A stretch of DNA of 64,000 nucleotides, from sequence record OR525698.1; one strand, given 5' to 3'. The translations under genes and the position numbers were made by a program. Below, one piece after another: positions 11,024-23,401 of the stretch (its first letter is position 1; each line of letters starts with the position of its first letter). This stretch comes from Escherichia phage vB-Eco-KMB43. The notes under the pieces are model-generated. The model saw only the letters and a program-made list of their open reading frames with translations. It did no database searches and was not told the DNA's origin.

Positions 11024-11862
11024 TGGCACGACTTTCTAAACAAGAGCAAAAATTACACGATCGGGCGATGGAGCTAATCAATTCAGATCGCCCATTGACC
11101 TATGAAGAAAAAGAATTTTGCTATAACAACTATCATGGCGATGGGCTAGGTGGTTCCGGTGCATTCTTTACCCCAGAAGGGCTTGCCTGGGATTTTACCA
11201 TTGATGCACACTGCACCGGAAAAGTATTGGACCTTTGTGCTGGGATCGGTCGTTTATCTTTTTGTATGTTGCATCGCTGTAAGCCAGAAAAGATCGTATG
11301 CGTCGAACTCAATCCAGAATTTGCGAGGATTGGCAAGCGACTATTACCGGAGGCAGAATGGATCACCAGCGATGTATTCGAATTTGAGTCAAACGAGAAA
11401 TTCGATGTTGTAATTAGCAATCCACCTTTCGGGAAAATCAATACAACCGACACAAAGGATGTATTTGAGTACACTGGCGGCGAATTTGAATTTAAGGTTA
11501 TGACATTAGGCCAGAAGTTTGCCGATGTAGGTTATTTTATTGTTCCTACTGGTTCCGCTGGTTTTGCCTATTCCGGTAGACCTTATTATGATGGATCAGT
11601 GAAGTCTAATAAATATCTAAAATGGAGCAAACAAACTGGTTTGGTGACTTATGCCGGATGTGGGATCGATACATCAATCTATCGCGATGAATGGCACAGT
11701 ACCAACGTTTTAACAGAAGTGGTTGAGGTTCGGTATTACGAGAAAGAAGCCGTAGAAGCGCCTAAATCGCGTCCTAACGAACAAATAGAAGAAAGTAAGG
11801 AGATTACCTTACCGGAACAAGAAACAGCGTCTGGGACGCTCTCAGACTTGTTTGACATTTAA
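11023..11862 (+). CDS. SAM-dependent N6-adenine (gamma-class, M.TaqI-like) methyltransferase
   Basis: motif order GAFFTPEGLAWDF (motif X), VLDLCAGIGRLS (motif I), VISNPPFG (motif IV NPPF/Y). Confidence 0.65.
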   Translation: MARLSKQEQKLHDRAMELINSDRPLTYEEKEFCYNNYHGDGLGGSGAFFTPEGLAWDFTIDAHCTGKVLDLCAGIGRLSFCMLHRCKPEKIVCVELNPEFARIGKRLLPEAEWITSDVFEFESNEKFDVVISNPPFGKINTTDTKDVFEYTGGEFEFKVMTLGQKFADVGYFIVPTGSAGFAYSGRPYYDGSVKSNKYLKWSKQTGLVTYAGCGIDTSIYRDEWHSTNVLTEVVEVRYYEKEAVEAPKSRPNEQIEESKEITLPEQETASGTLSDLFDI

Positions 11863-11867
11863 TTATA

Positions 11868-11892
11868 AGCCGTCCTCGTGGGCGGCTTTTTT
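11868..11892 (+). terminator. rho-independent terminator after methyltransferase gene
   Basis: AGCCGTCC..GGGCGGCT hairpin followed by TTTTTT. Confidence 0.55.
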
Positions 11893-11902
11893 GTATGTAT
11901 TT

Positions 11903-11910
11903 TATAAATA
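11903..11910 (+). promoter_or_regulatory. late promoter TATAAATA upstream of gene 9
   Basis: exact TATAAATA about 28 nt upstream of ATG 11938. Confidence 0.5.
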
Positions 11911-11937
11911 ATACATCATAACATGAGGAATTAAACA

Positions 11938-12792
11938 ATGGCACAAGTTCCAAAGAAAAGAATAGACACAGGTACGGTCGGCAATCCATCGACTGGCGAT
12001 ATCTTATATGATGGCGGTAATAAAATTAACGATAACTTTGATTCAATATATGACGCATTTGCTGATCAACGTCTAAAAGAGATTGATCATGGTGCTGGTC
12101 GAATGATTATTCATGCCACGGGATACTATCAGAAACACCCACGACAAAGCTATGCAGGATCGGCGGTAGAGATTGGTAGCTTACATGATATTGACACAAC
12201 TCAAGGCGCATTAATAGCAATTCTTCCTAAAGCTAAAGTTGGTGAGGGTGTTGTGTTCATAAATAGTAACGGTAGCTTTTCGGCAACAACACCACTAAAC
12301 ATTAGAACTCAAGCAGGAGATTCTATTAGCGGGTATTCCGGTGACGCGGTAATAACTCAACCTTTCTCAAAAGTCACCGTCTGGTGTACTGCCGTCGAAG
12401 GTAGTAGAGTTACCTGGCGGCTGGGCATCGAAAGTATGTTTACCGACACAACCACACCACTAGATAGGACAGTTAATGTAACTGGAGTTGCAACCAACGT
12501 TGCTATTGCAGCAAAAACAGAATATGTATCAATTAAACTATTAACAACCGCTAGCAATACGACGGGTTCAAAAATGCGCTCAAGCGAAACTCTATTGATG
12601 ATTGATGCCAGAGCCGGAAAAGTTTACGCGACAGAATATGCGGTTTTACAGAAAACAGAAGACGAATTATACACGGTTCGTTATTTCATTGGTTCCGGCG
12701 ATAAAGTATATGCAGAGTATAAGGCTACTGGCGAAAATATTCGTTTAGCAGTTAAAGCCACAGACACTATTAAAATCGGGGTTGCTACATGA
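11938..12792 (+). CDS. gp9: baseplate wedge / long-tail-fibre socket protein gp9
   Basis: 284 aa; size and position match T4 gp9 (288 aa). Confidence 0.7.
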   Translation: MAQVPKKRIDTGTVGNPSTGDILYDGGNKINDNFDSIYDAFADQRLKEIDHGAGRMIIHATGYYQKHPRQSYAGSAVEIGSLHDIDTTQGALIAILPKAKVGEGVVFINSNGSFSATTPLNIRTQAGDSISGYSGDAVITQPFSKVTVWCTAVEGSRVTWRLGIESMFTDTTTPLDRTVNVTGVATNVAIAAKTEYVSIKLLTTASNTTGSKMRSSETLLMIDARAGKVYATEYAVLQKTEDELYTVRYFIGSGDKVYAEYKATGENIRLAVKATDTIKIGVAT

Positions 12793-14591
12793 AACAATTA
12801 ATTAATATCGGTAACGTTGTTGATGACGGTACTGGTGATTATCTAAGAAAAGGCGGTCAAAAGATCAACGACAACTTTTCTGAACTTTATACTAAGCTGG
12901 GGGACGGCGATACCCCCCACGCATCCGGTGCATGGAAAACGCATACAGCGCCATTATTAAAGCCTAATTTTGGGGATGCGTGGGCTATCAATACAACAAA
13001 CAACGCGGTGTCGGTAGAGCTTCCTAAAGGTGGAGTTGGTGATTATAACAAGACAATTAAACTTCGTGATGTTTGGCGCTCGTGGGCGTCTCATAACGTA
13101 ACACTTAAGCCAGCACAAGGCGATACAATTAAAGGATCACCAATTGACCGAGAATTGTATAAAGATTTTATGGATGTTGAACTGGTTTATTGTGCGCCTG
13201 GGCGCTGGGAATATATCGAAAACAAGCGAGTTGACACGATCACCACGTCTGACCTAAGCACAGTAGCTAAGGAAGTTTATATTGCCACAGAAGGGCAAAC
13301 AGATTTCCCTAATGTATTTGGTTCTAACACATATAACACTCGAAATGTTGAAGTATATTATCGAGGAAACCTTTTATATTATGGTAAGTCTTTTAGTAAT
13401 GACTCTAACTACGGTTCAATTGGTGAGGATGGATCACTTGTTGAACTTGATGGCAAAAGCATAAAACTTCGTTTTCCTTGTTCGGCTGGGGACACCGTTC
13501 AAATTATTACATACATGGACGGAATTGCATCATTCCGATCTAGTTATATCACACACACAATTAGAGTGTATGATACCGGAATGACAGCACTAGAAACTAT
13601 TCCGGGTGAAGTGTGGGTAGGTGATTTATCGACGAAAAAAGAATTTACCAATGCTGATTTGGGAGTTAGTAAACGTGATATAATTAACCCAAATTCATTT
13701 GAGTTATTAATAAATGGTACTCAAATGATTAAAGCTGGTGATGCTGATCTTCCTTCGTTTGTCTGTGAAGGTGCTGACGGAGAAACCGAAGAGAGTTGCG
13801 CACTTGCTGGCGGTCAGTGGGTACAGTCTGGAGAAGATTATTCACTGGTATTTGATGAGAATAGCATTGTAACAGGGATTAAATTAGCTAAAGCGTTGGA
13901 CAATAGAGATACTATAACAATTCGTTGGTTTAATAACGATATCGGAACTCTATTAGAATGGGATGGTGTCGGCGGAATTAAAGAAAAAGCAGACAAGATT
14001 TATCTCAATAACGAAGACGAAGTTAATTTAACAAAACAAATTGAATATACAGACTTCCAGAATCCTAGTCAGAAAAACACTCGTCCGGCAGAAGAGTATT
14101 CAGGTCGAATTATGGATATATATTCACTGTTTGATATTTTTCATCCGGTCGGCACGATATACGAAAACGCACATAACCCAGCTAACCCAGCGACCTATAT
14201 GGGGTTTGGTATCTGGGTTCGGTATGCGGAAGGAGAATTTCTTGCTGGTTGGTCTTCCGATGCCAGCGACCAGAATTTTGCATTAAACAATAACGATCTT
14301 GATATTCATGGACAACCTACACACACCGCTGGTGGTACTGGTGGTGAAGTTGCCTATCAAATCAAGAAAGATATGATTCCTGAATTACAATCCAGCGATC
14401 GTGTTTTGGTGAAAGACGATACAGGGTCAATTATCATTGGTGGCTGTCAAGTTGATCCTGATGCGGCAGGTCCAGCGTTTACGAAATATAGAGAGGATAT
14501 CGTAAAAGTTAATTCTGGAAATGCCGATCCATCAATGATGGGTATTCTTCCTCCATATCGCACCGTTCATCGCTGGTTAAGGGTAGGTTAA
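12789..14591 (+). CDS. gp10: baseplate wedge / tail pin protein gp10
   Basis: 600 aa; size and position match T4 gp10 (602 aa). Confidence 0.7.
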   Translation: MKQLINIGNVVDDGTGDYLRKGGQKINDNFSELYTKLGDGDTPHASGAWKTHTAPLLKPNFGDAWAINTTNNAVSVELPKGGVGDYNKTIKLRDVWRSWASHNVTLKPAQGDTIKGSPIDRELYKDFMDVELVYCAPGRWEYIENKRVDTITTSDLSTVAKEVYIATEGQTDFPNVFGSNTYNTRNVEVYYRGNLLYYGKSFSNDSNYGSIGEDGSLVELDGKSIKLRFPCSAGDTVQIITYMDGIASFRSSYITHTIRVYDTGMTALETIPGEVWVGDLSTKKEFTNADLGVSKRDIINPNSFELLINGTQMIKAGDADLPSFVCEGADGETEESCALAGGQWVQSGEDYSLVFDENSIVTGIKLAKALDNRDTITIRWFNNDIGTLLEWDGVGGIKEKADKIYLNNEDEVNLTKQIEYTDFQNPSQKNTRPAEEYSGRIMDIYSLFDIFHPVGTIYENAHNPANPATYMGFGIWVRYAEGEFLAGWSSDASDQNFALNNNDLDIHGQPTHTAGGTGGEVAYQIKKDMIPELQSSDRVLVKDDTGSIIIGGCQVDPDAAGPAFTKYREDIVKVNSGNADPSMMGILPPYRTVHRWLRVG

Positions 14592-14592
14592 T

Positions 14593-15237
14593 ATGATTTC
14601 TAAAACACGTTCTAAAGCAAGCGTATTTTCTAGCGACGCAGCATTCATTTCATACGATCCGGGGTCGAAAGACCCCATTATTGGTGACATTCGCCCAATT
14701 GGTGGATTAAACGTAGACCAATCTCGCAAAGGTTCTTTTATTAACAACGTACAATCAGCCATTGATGATTTGTATAGCATTTCTATGCTTAATGTCGGTG
14801 ATGTATTGGTAACTACAAATTCAACTCCACCGGAAGCGGCGGGACAAATAGAAACTCTTTCTTTCACTGGAACGGTAACAAATAAACACGATCCAGCCGC
14901 GACAAAAGTTGTAATTGAAGTTTTGGGTTATCCATTTGTTGTTAATGTTGGAACATCGAATGTTGCATTATGCGAAATGGTCACAACAAAATTTACTGAA
15001 TTGAAAGACAAAAGTATCTTATTCTCTAGAGTTGAGAGGAAAGGTACTGGCAACGATAAAATAGAGATTCAGTATATTGATTCAAATGCACACGAAGCAA
15101 CGGTCGTAGAAAAATATGGTATTAGCGTTCGTGGGGAAATAAATTCCCCTGCTCGTTATGGTTATGGTGCATGGTCCAGAATGGGAACGGAAGAAAAATT
15201 TGGTTCAACACTATTTTATTTTAAGCGTATTGCGTAA
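14593..15237 (+). CDS. gp11: baseplate wedge / tail pin protein gp11
   Basis: 214 aa; size and position match T4 gp11 (219 aa). Confidence 0.65.
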   Translation: MISKTRSKASVFSSDAAFISYDPGSKDPIIGDIRPIGGLNVDQSRKGSFINNVQSAIDDLYSISMLNVGDVLVTTNSTPPEAAGQIETLSFTGTVTNKHDPAATKVVIEVLGYPFVVNVGTSNVALCEMVTTKFTELKDKSILFSRVERKGTGNDKIEIQYIDSNAHEATVVEKYGISVRGEINSPARYGYGAWSRMGTEEKFGSTLFYFKRIA

Positions 15238-15247
15238 GGTGTAAATT

Positions 15248-16651
15248 ATGAATAACACTATTAATCACGTAAAAGACGATGCACAGTATGTTAAGTTTGA
15301 CCCTACCGGAAATTGGCCTAGCAATATAAAAAACGTACAAGCGGCATTAGCCGCTATTCAGGGGTTTGCTATTGCAGGTCTTCCAACGGCAACCGAAGAA
15401 ACAGCGGGTATTGCTGAAATTGCTACTCAAAAAGAAGTAGATGATGGGTTGGATGGAACTAAAATTGTTACCCCAAAAACATTGGCTGTTAAGCTGTCAA
15501 GACCGGACGCAACAAAACTTGTCAAAGGGATCACTCGCTATGCTAATAACGATGAAGCTATGGGCGATACTCCAAATATTGCAATTGGTCCTGATACATT
15601 AACCCATGTATTCGAGAAGAAGAAGGCAACGGAAACCGTACAGGGTACAATTAAAATTTGTTCTATGGATGCGGCAAAAATAGGTAGCGATGACACTATG
15701 GCAGTAACGCCTAAAAAGATGCACGCTGCGATTGCTCAGATTGTTCCTGGATTGATCCCAGAGCAAAATACCGCTTCCGAATCCCGTGAGGGTCTAGTTA
15801 GGCTGGCAACAAGCCAACAAACGCTTGCTGGTACTATCAGAGAAGGATTTGCCGTTAGCCCATATGCATTTTCCAACGCAAGAGCCAATGAAAATCAGGC
15901 GGGTACTGTTAAAATTGCGTCATCCCAACAAATGATTGACGGTAATGACAACACAGTAGTAGTATCAGCACAAAAATTTGCGAACACTAAAGCAACCACT
16001 GGACAATTCGGTGTTGTTAAGCTAACAGATAATCCCGGTTCCGGTGAAGCAAATGCTGCGTTATCTGCAAATGCTCGTGTATTGCCTCTAAGCGGTGGTG
16101 TCGTTACTGGTGATGTGTATCGTCATAGTGGAGGTGACGGAAACCAGTTTACCACTAAAAACGAAATGGATGCATGGTGTATGCCAATTGGTGCAATTAT
16201 TCTAACTGCATTCAATAGCAATGATCACGGTGCATTTAAAATTTGTAACGGGCAATGGTTGAATAAACACCAATATCCTACGCTATTTGCTCGCATCGGA
16301 TTTACATATGGTGGTGACGGTGGAGATCATTTCGCTGTTCCAGATATGCGCGGTCTTGTTGCTCGTGGGTGCGATTGGGGAAGAGGTTTAGACCCAGGTC
16401 GTGGATTTGGTACTTATCAAGACGACACCATGCAACATATGACAGGTAACTTCCCTGTAGCTAACCGTTGGCGCGGTTGGACTGGTGGTGCATTTGCTAT
16501 CACAGGTGGTCAATGGAGCACGAACTATAAAAACGGTGGTGGTGATGATTGGGGTAGTATTGTTAACTTTGACAGCGCAAGACAGGTTAGAACGTCTGGC
16601 GAAACTCGCGTTAAAAGCCTTGCATTAAACTACGTTATAAGGGTACAATAA
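15248..16651 (+). CDS. gp12: short tail fibre protein gp12
   Basis: 467 aa; position after gp11; Gly-rich C-terminal region typical of fibre tips. Confidence 0.6.
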   Translation: MNNTINHVKDDAQYVKFDPTGNWPSNIKNVQAALAAIQGFAIAGLPTATEETAGIAEIATQKEVDDGLDGTKIVTPKTLAVKLSRPDATKLVKGITRYANNDEAMGDTPNIAIGPDTLTHVFEKKKATETVQGTIKICSMDAAKIGSDDTMAVTPKKMHAAIAQIVPGLIPEQNTASESREGLVRLATSQQTLAGTIREGFAVSPYAFSNARANENQAGTVKIASSQQMIDGNDNTVVVSAQKFANTKATTGQFGVVKLTDNPGSGEANAALSANARVLPLSGGVVTGDVYRHSGGDGNQFTTKNEMDAWCMPIGAIILTAFNSNDHGAFKICNGQWLNKHQYPTLFARIGFTYGGDGGDHFAVPDMRGLVARGCDWGRGLDPGRGFGTYQDDTMQHMTGNFPVANRWRGWTGGAFAITGGQWSTNYKNGGGDDWGSIVNFDSARQVRTSGETRVKSLALNYVIRVQ

Positions 16652-18420
16652 TGATCGAACAATTAAACATTCGAAAGATCCCTAACGTCGATGGTGTCCC
16701 TGGAGAGGGACAACATTCTATTAGCTGGATTAAAAATGGTGAATGTCTAAGCGCAGCAACCACAGAAACAGGACACGAGGGGACGCTTAACCGCGCCCCT
16801 TATGCGATTCAAGAAAATATTGTTCGTTTGGATGAAAATTCTAAGACAACGGTAACAAAAGTTAACGAAGTTGTTACAGCAGTTAATGATATTAAAACTA
16901 CTTTAGGCGCGGTTGCTGATGGTAGTATTATTGATATTGTCAATCAAACTATTGCAAAGGTTGAGTCTGTAGAAGAAAATTTAGGAGAAACTTCAAGGAC
17001 ATTACAAACCACAGTAGATGAACTGGCGGAGACAGGAAAGAAAATTGGTGTTCGTCCGGCAGCAGATCCGAGTACACGAACAATATATGATGATATTTCT
17101 TTCATCAAACAAGAATTGGGCGCTTTCCCTAACTTCAATATCAACGGTTATCCAGATCCAGGTAGTTCCGGTTCCGGTATCAAATATCGAGTTATCCAGA
17201 ATACGGAAGCATTAAACAACCACGGTCAGCGAATCCGCCAACTAGAAAACGACTGGCAAGATTCTGACGTTGGAGAGCTAACAGAACAAGTTAACAAAAT
17301 GCGAAGCGAGCTAGGAGACACATCACTAGCAACACAGGACAATGTTTATCTTCGTCTTCGCACAAACACTCGCAATATCGCTAGTATATCAAACGAAGTT
17401 CAGGAAGTAAAGAAAGCGATTCTATTTGAATCAATTCCCGATATCGGGACTAAAGTAACTAAGCTACAATCTGATTATACACAGCTTAATGATGAAGTCA
17501 ACGGCTTTGACGCTGGTATCCGTCCTCGTTTAACTCTTCTGGAAAATAAGATCGGCAATCCTCAAGCCGCTGGAAGTATTGATTATCGATTGACCAATCA
17601 AGAACTGGAATTTGTAGATCTTAAATCTATTGTCGGTGTCAGTGGTGCTGATGGCCTACGTGGTGAGGTTGCACGAATCTCTAACACAGTTGGTACTGAC
17701 AGTGAGCGTCATACTATCGCAGGTCGTCTAAAAATTGTAGAAAACACACAGGGACGACTAGAAGCTAGCGTACAGGATATCGAGCAAATGATCGGCGATC
17801 GAGATTCCGGTCTAACCGCCGGGGTTATTAAGCTGTCAAGCGACATGTACGGCAATCCAGAAGGAAGCACGCAGCTTGAACAAGATGGGATCGTGAAAAC
17901 TGTTAAGGAATTGAGCACATCAAATGCAAGCAAGGTAACAGACGTTCCTGATGATGGTTTCCATTATCTACGTAAGCACGGGGAATGGGTTCAGGTCGCA
18001 TGGGCGGCTGGTGCATTTAAAAACACCGCTCAGATTGATATTACTCTCGACGGACAAGATCAATACAAAGGAATCCCGCTAAACGATATGACCGAAGAAG
18101 TTCCTGCGCGTGGAATGGTTAAGAGCGAATCTCTTGTTACGGTTAACGACAAAGGCTTATTCCGTTGTGTTTTCCGTTGTTCTGTAAATGCGGCACATAA
18201 CGCTACTTTCGTAGTCGGTATTGCTAAAAATGGTCAGATTGTACATGAGGTACGACATGGTCATTATGGAACTGATGATTTAATTAGCTATTCTACCAGT
18301 GCTTTCCTAAATATTGAAAAGGGCGACCGGATCGATATTCGCATTAAGGGCGTATCCGAAGAAGCATTAGCGCAACAGCTACAAATTAAAGAGTTCCTCT
18401 TTGGGATTTCTCCGGTATAA
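16651..18420 (+). CDS. wac: fibritin (whisker) Wac-like with C-terminal extension
   Basis: 589 aa; coiled-coil-like segmented sequence; foldon-like segment DGFHYLRKHGEWVQV followed by ~150 extra residues. Confidence 0.55.
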   Translation: MIEQLNIRKIPNVDGVPGEGQHSISWIKNGECLSAATTETGHEGTLNRAPYAIQENIVRLDENSKTTVTKVNEVVTAVNDIKTTLGAVADGSIIDIVNQTIAKVESVEENLGETSRTLQTTVDELAETGKKIGVRPAADPSTRTIYDDISFIKQELGAFPNFNINGYPDPGSSGSGIKYRVIQNTEALNNHGQRIRQLENDWQDSDVGELTEQVNKMRSELGDTSLATQDNVYLRLRTNTRNIASISNEVQEVKKAILFESIPDIGTKVTKLQSDYTQLNDEVNGFDAGIRPRLTLLENKIGNPQAAGSIDYRLTNQELEFVDLKSIVGVSGADGLRGEVARISNTVGTDSERHTIAGRLKIVENTQGRLEASVQDIEQMIGDRDSGLTAGVIKLSSDMYGNPEGSTQLEQDGIVKTVKELSTSNASKVTDVPDDGFHYLRKHGEWVQVAWAAGAFKNTAQIDITLDGQDQYKGIPLNDMTEEVPARGMVKSESLVTVNDKGLFRCVFRCSVNAAHNATFVVGIAKNGQIVHEVRHGHYGTDDLISYSTSAFLNIEKGDRIDIRIKGVSEEALAQQLQIKEFLFGISPV

Positions 18421-18426
18421 GAAATT

Positions 18427-18449
18427 AAAGGGGCGTTAAGCCCCTTTTC
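18427..18449 (+). terminator. hairpin terminator after wac
   Basis: GGGGCGTTAAGCCCC palindrome followed by TTTTCC. Confidence 0.5.
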
Positions 18450-18466
18450 CGTTTATAGGTGATATT

Positions 18467-19399
18467 ATGTCAGGATATGTAACCAATAACCCAAGAGAAT
18501 TAAAAGACGCTATTCTGCGTCGTTTAGGCGCACCAGTAATTAACGTAGAAGTCACAGAAGACCAGATTTACGATTGTATTCAGAGAGCACTAGAACTCTA
18601 TGGGGAATATCATTTCGATGGTGTGAATAAAGGATATAAAGTATTTCGTGTTAGTGCAGAGCAAGCGCAACACGGGGTATTTGATTTAAGCGATTCTGGA
18701 GTATTCGCAGTAACTAAAATAATTCGAACAAACGTAGGTAGCGCGGCTACGATGGATGGCACTGCCGTTTATCCGTGGTTTACTGACTTTCTGTTGGGTT
18801 TAGCGGGTGTAAATGGCGGTTTAGGATCTGGCTGTAGTAAATTTTATGGTCCAAATGCAATGGGTGGTGATCTAGGATATTTCGAACAGCTTATGAGCTA
18901 TCGAGCCACTATGCAAAATATGCTCAATCCGCTGCCAGACTATTGGTATAATAGCGCAAACGGACAACTTAAGATTACAGGAAACTTCCGAGAAGGTGAT
19001 CTCATTGTTGTTGAATTATATGTTAAAAGCTATATAGACGTTCCTGACATGATCGGCGCGGTTGCTGGTTATGCTCATGCAGGAGGATGTTCTACCGCTG
19101 GCGGGATTAGCGCCGTTTATGATAATCCAACTGCTGGTTTAAGCGGGATTGTTGCTGGAATGGGACCGATCCGTGATAACAAGCAGGGCGCATATAATAA
19201 CCGTTGGGTTAAAGACATGGCAACCGCTTTCACTAAGGAGGTGTGGGGGTCCATCATGGCTAAACATCAAGGTCTGCAATTACCCGGCGGTGTCACTGTT
19301 GATGGTATCCGAATCATTGAAGAAGCACGCGCCGACATTGAGAAATTGCGACAAGAACTAGAATTATTAGATCCTCCGTTCGGCATCCTCATGATTTGA
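18467..19399 (+). CDS. gp13: neck protein gp13
   Basis: 310 aa; size and position match T4 gp13 (309 aa). Confidence 0.65.
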   Translation: MSGYVTNNPRELKDAILRRLGAPVINVEVTEDQIYDCIQRALELYGEYHFDGVNKGYKVFRVSAEQAQHGVFDLSDSGVFAVTKIIRTNVGSAATMDGTAVYPWFTDFLLGLAGVNGGLGSGCSKFYGPNAMGGDLGYFEQLMSYRATMQNMLNPLPDYWYNSANGQLKITGNFREGDLIVVELYVKSYIDVPDMIGAVAGYAHAGGCSTAGGISAVYDNPTAGLSGIVAGMGPIRDNKQGAYNNRWVKDMATAFTKEVWGSIMAKHQGLQLPGGVTVDGIRIIEEARADIEKLRQELELLDPPFGILMI

Positions 19400-19405
19400 T
19401 TTATT

Positions 19406-19421
19406 GGGGGAGTATTCCCCC
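19406..19421 (+). other. stem-loop between genes 13 and 14
   Basis: GGGGGAGTATTCCCCC palindrome; weak T tract. Confidence 0.35.
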
Positions 19422-19435
19422 ATTTGGAGTAACAT

Positions 19436-20176
19436 ATGTTTAACAACACTCTTTTTGCTCGCCTTGAATCGCAGAAGGACTACGAGAATACACGACAAAC
19501 AGAGATTCTTAATCCTTATGTGAACTTTCACAAATATACAAATACTCAGACGTTAGCCGACGTTATGGTCGCCGAAGCTATTCAGATGCGAGGTGTAGAA
19601 TTATATTACATCCCTCGTGAATTTGTCAAACCAGATATGATCTTTGGTGAGGATGTTCAAAGCAAATTTACTAAAGCATGGAAATTTGCGGCTTATATTA
19701 ACTCATTTGATGGGTATGAAGGAGCGGGTAATTTCTTCTCTAGTTTCGGGTATCAAGCTAATGATGAACTAACTTTTACGGTTAACCCCAACCTATTCAA
19801 GCATCAAGTAGATGATCAAGAGCCAAAATCAGGTGACTTAATTTATATTCCTATGAGCAATGATTTATTTGAAATCTCATATGTAGAGCCATATCAGCCG
19901 TTTTTTCAGGCTGGCAAAAATGCCATGCGTAAAATTATTGCAGAGAAATTCGTGTATAGCGGTGAGGAATTGCGACCAGAATTACAACGCAATGAGGGAA
20001 TTAATGTTGATGAGTTTGCGGATCTGGATCTTGCACCGATCACTAATCTGGACGGGTTAACAGATATCAACTTAGATCAGTACAAAGAAGATAAGCAATT
20101 CAGAAGCGAAGGACAAGATTTTATTGATCCGTTTGATCCTATTAATGGCAAGGGTTCACCTTTCGCCGATTTTTGA
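19436..20176 (+). CDS. gp14: neck protein gp14
   Basis: 246 aa; synteny. Confidence 0.65.
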   Translation: MFNNTLFARLESQKDYENTRQTEILNPYVNFHKYTNTQTLADVMVAEAIQMRGVELYYIPREFVKPDMIFGEDVQSKFTKAWKFAAYINSFDGYEGAGNFFSSFGYQANDELTFTVNPNLFKHQVDDQEPKSGDLIYIPMSNDLFEISYVEPYQPFFQAGKNAMRKIIAEKFVYSGEELRPELQRNEGINVDEFADLDLAPITNLDGLTDINLDQYKEDKQFRSEGQDFIDPFDPINGKGSPFADF

Positions 20177-21036
20177 TAAATACTCATAAACAAGGGGGTC
20201 AAATGTTCGGTTGGCACTATAATTCGTCAATTAGAAGGTATATTGTATTGCTGGGTAATTTATTCTCCGGCGTACAAATTAAAAGGGTGCGTAGTGACGG
20301 TGAGCGTTTTATTAAAGTTCCTATCACCTACGCAAAGAAAGAAAAATTCATGATGAGTCTGGACAAATATAACAATATCTTAAGCGAGGAAGACGTAGCA
20401 AAGGTAGAAACTATTTTACCTCGTATGTGTCTTTCTTTGATTGATATGACATACGCCCAGAACTTTAAAACCAATATTGCAAATAAGACAGTACCAAAAT
20501 ATACAGAGGATGGAATCAGGAGCGTAACACAATATAATCCTGTACCATATAAGTTTACTTTCGAGTTAGGGATTTATACGCGTAACGAAGATGATATGTT
20601 TCAGATAATTGAACAGATTCTTCCTTACTTCCAGCCTCATTTTAACTGTAAGATTAAAGAACTACACGGTAATGATGTATGGATTGATCGAGATATTCAG
20701 GTCACAATTAGTTCTATTACTCCAGATGAACAGGTAGGCGAAGATAAGTTTTCTCGTCGTCGTCTTGAGTGGACCATTATGTTCGAATTTATCGGGTTTA
20801 TATATCCTCCAGCTACCGACGTTAAGGGGGAAATCAGAACGATTTATCTTGATTTTCATGCTAATTCTCGTGAATTGAATCCTAGCGGTAATTTTGAATC
20901 AGTGGATCACGAGGTCGTTAAACGTGACGTCGAGCAAGAAGATTGGGACGGAACTATCAAAGAATCATATTCTAGTGATATTCCAATACCAGTTGCACCG
21001 ACTCCACCGGGTCCACGTAGTGTAAGAGAATTTTAA
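20173..21036 (+). CDS. gp15: tail sheath stabiliser/terminator gp15
   Basis: 287 aa; synteny. Confidence 0.65.
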   Translation: MINTHKQGGQMFGWHYNSSIRRYIVLLGNLFSGVQIKRVRSDGERFIKVPITYAKKEKFMMSLDKYNNILSEEDVAKVETILPRMCLSLIDMTYAQNFKTNIANKTVPKYTEDGIRSVTQYNPVPYKFTFELGIYTRNEDDMFQIIEQILPYFQPHFNCKIKELHGNDVWIDRDIQVTISSITPDEQVGEDKFSRRRLEWTIMFEFIGFIYPPATDVKGEIRTIYLDFHANSRELNPSGNFESVDHEVVKRDVEQEDWDGTIKESYSSDIPIPVAPTPPGPRSVREF

Positions 21037-21049
21037 GAGGTAATTTATT

Positions 21050-23370
<2,321 letters not shown>

Positions 23371-23401
23371 CGATAATGCATAAAAAGATGAGGAAATTCT
23401 A

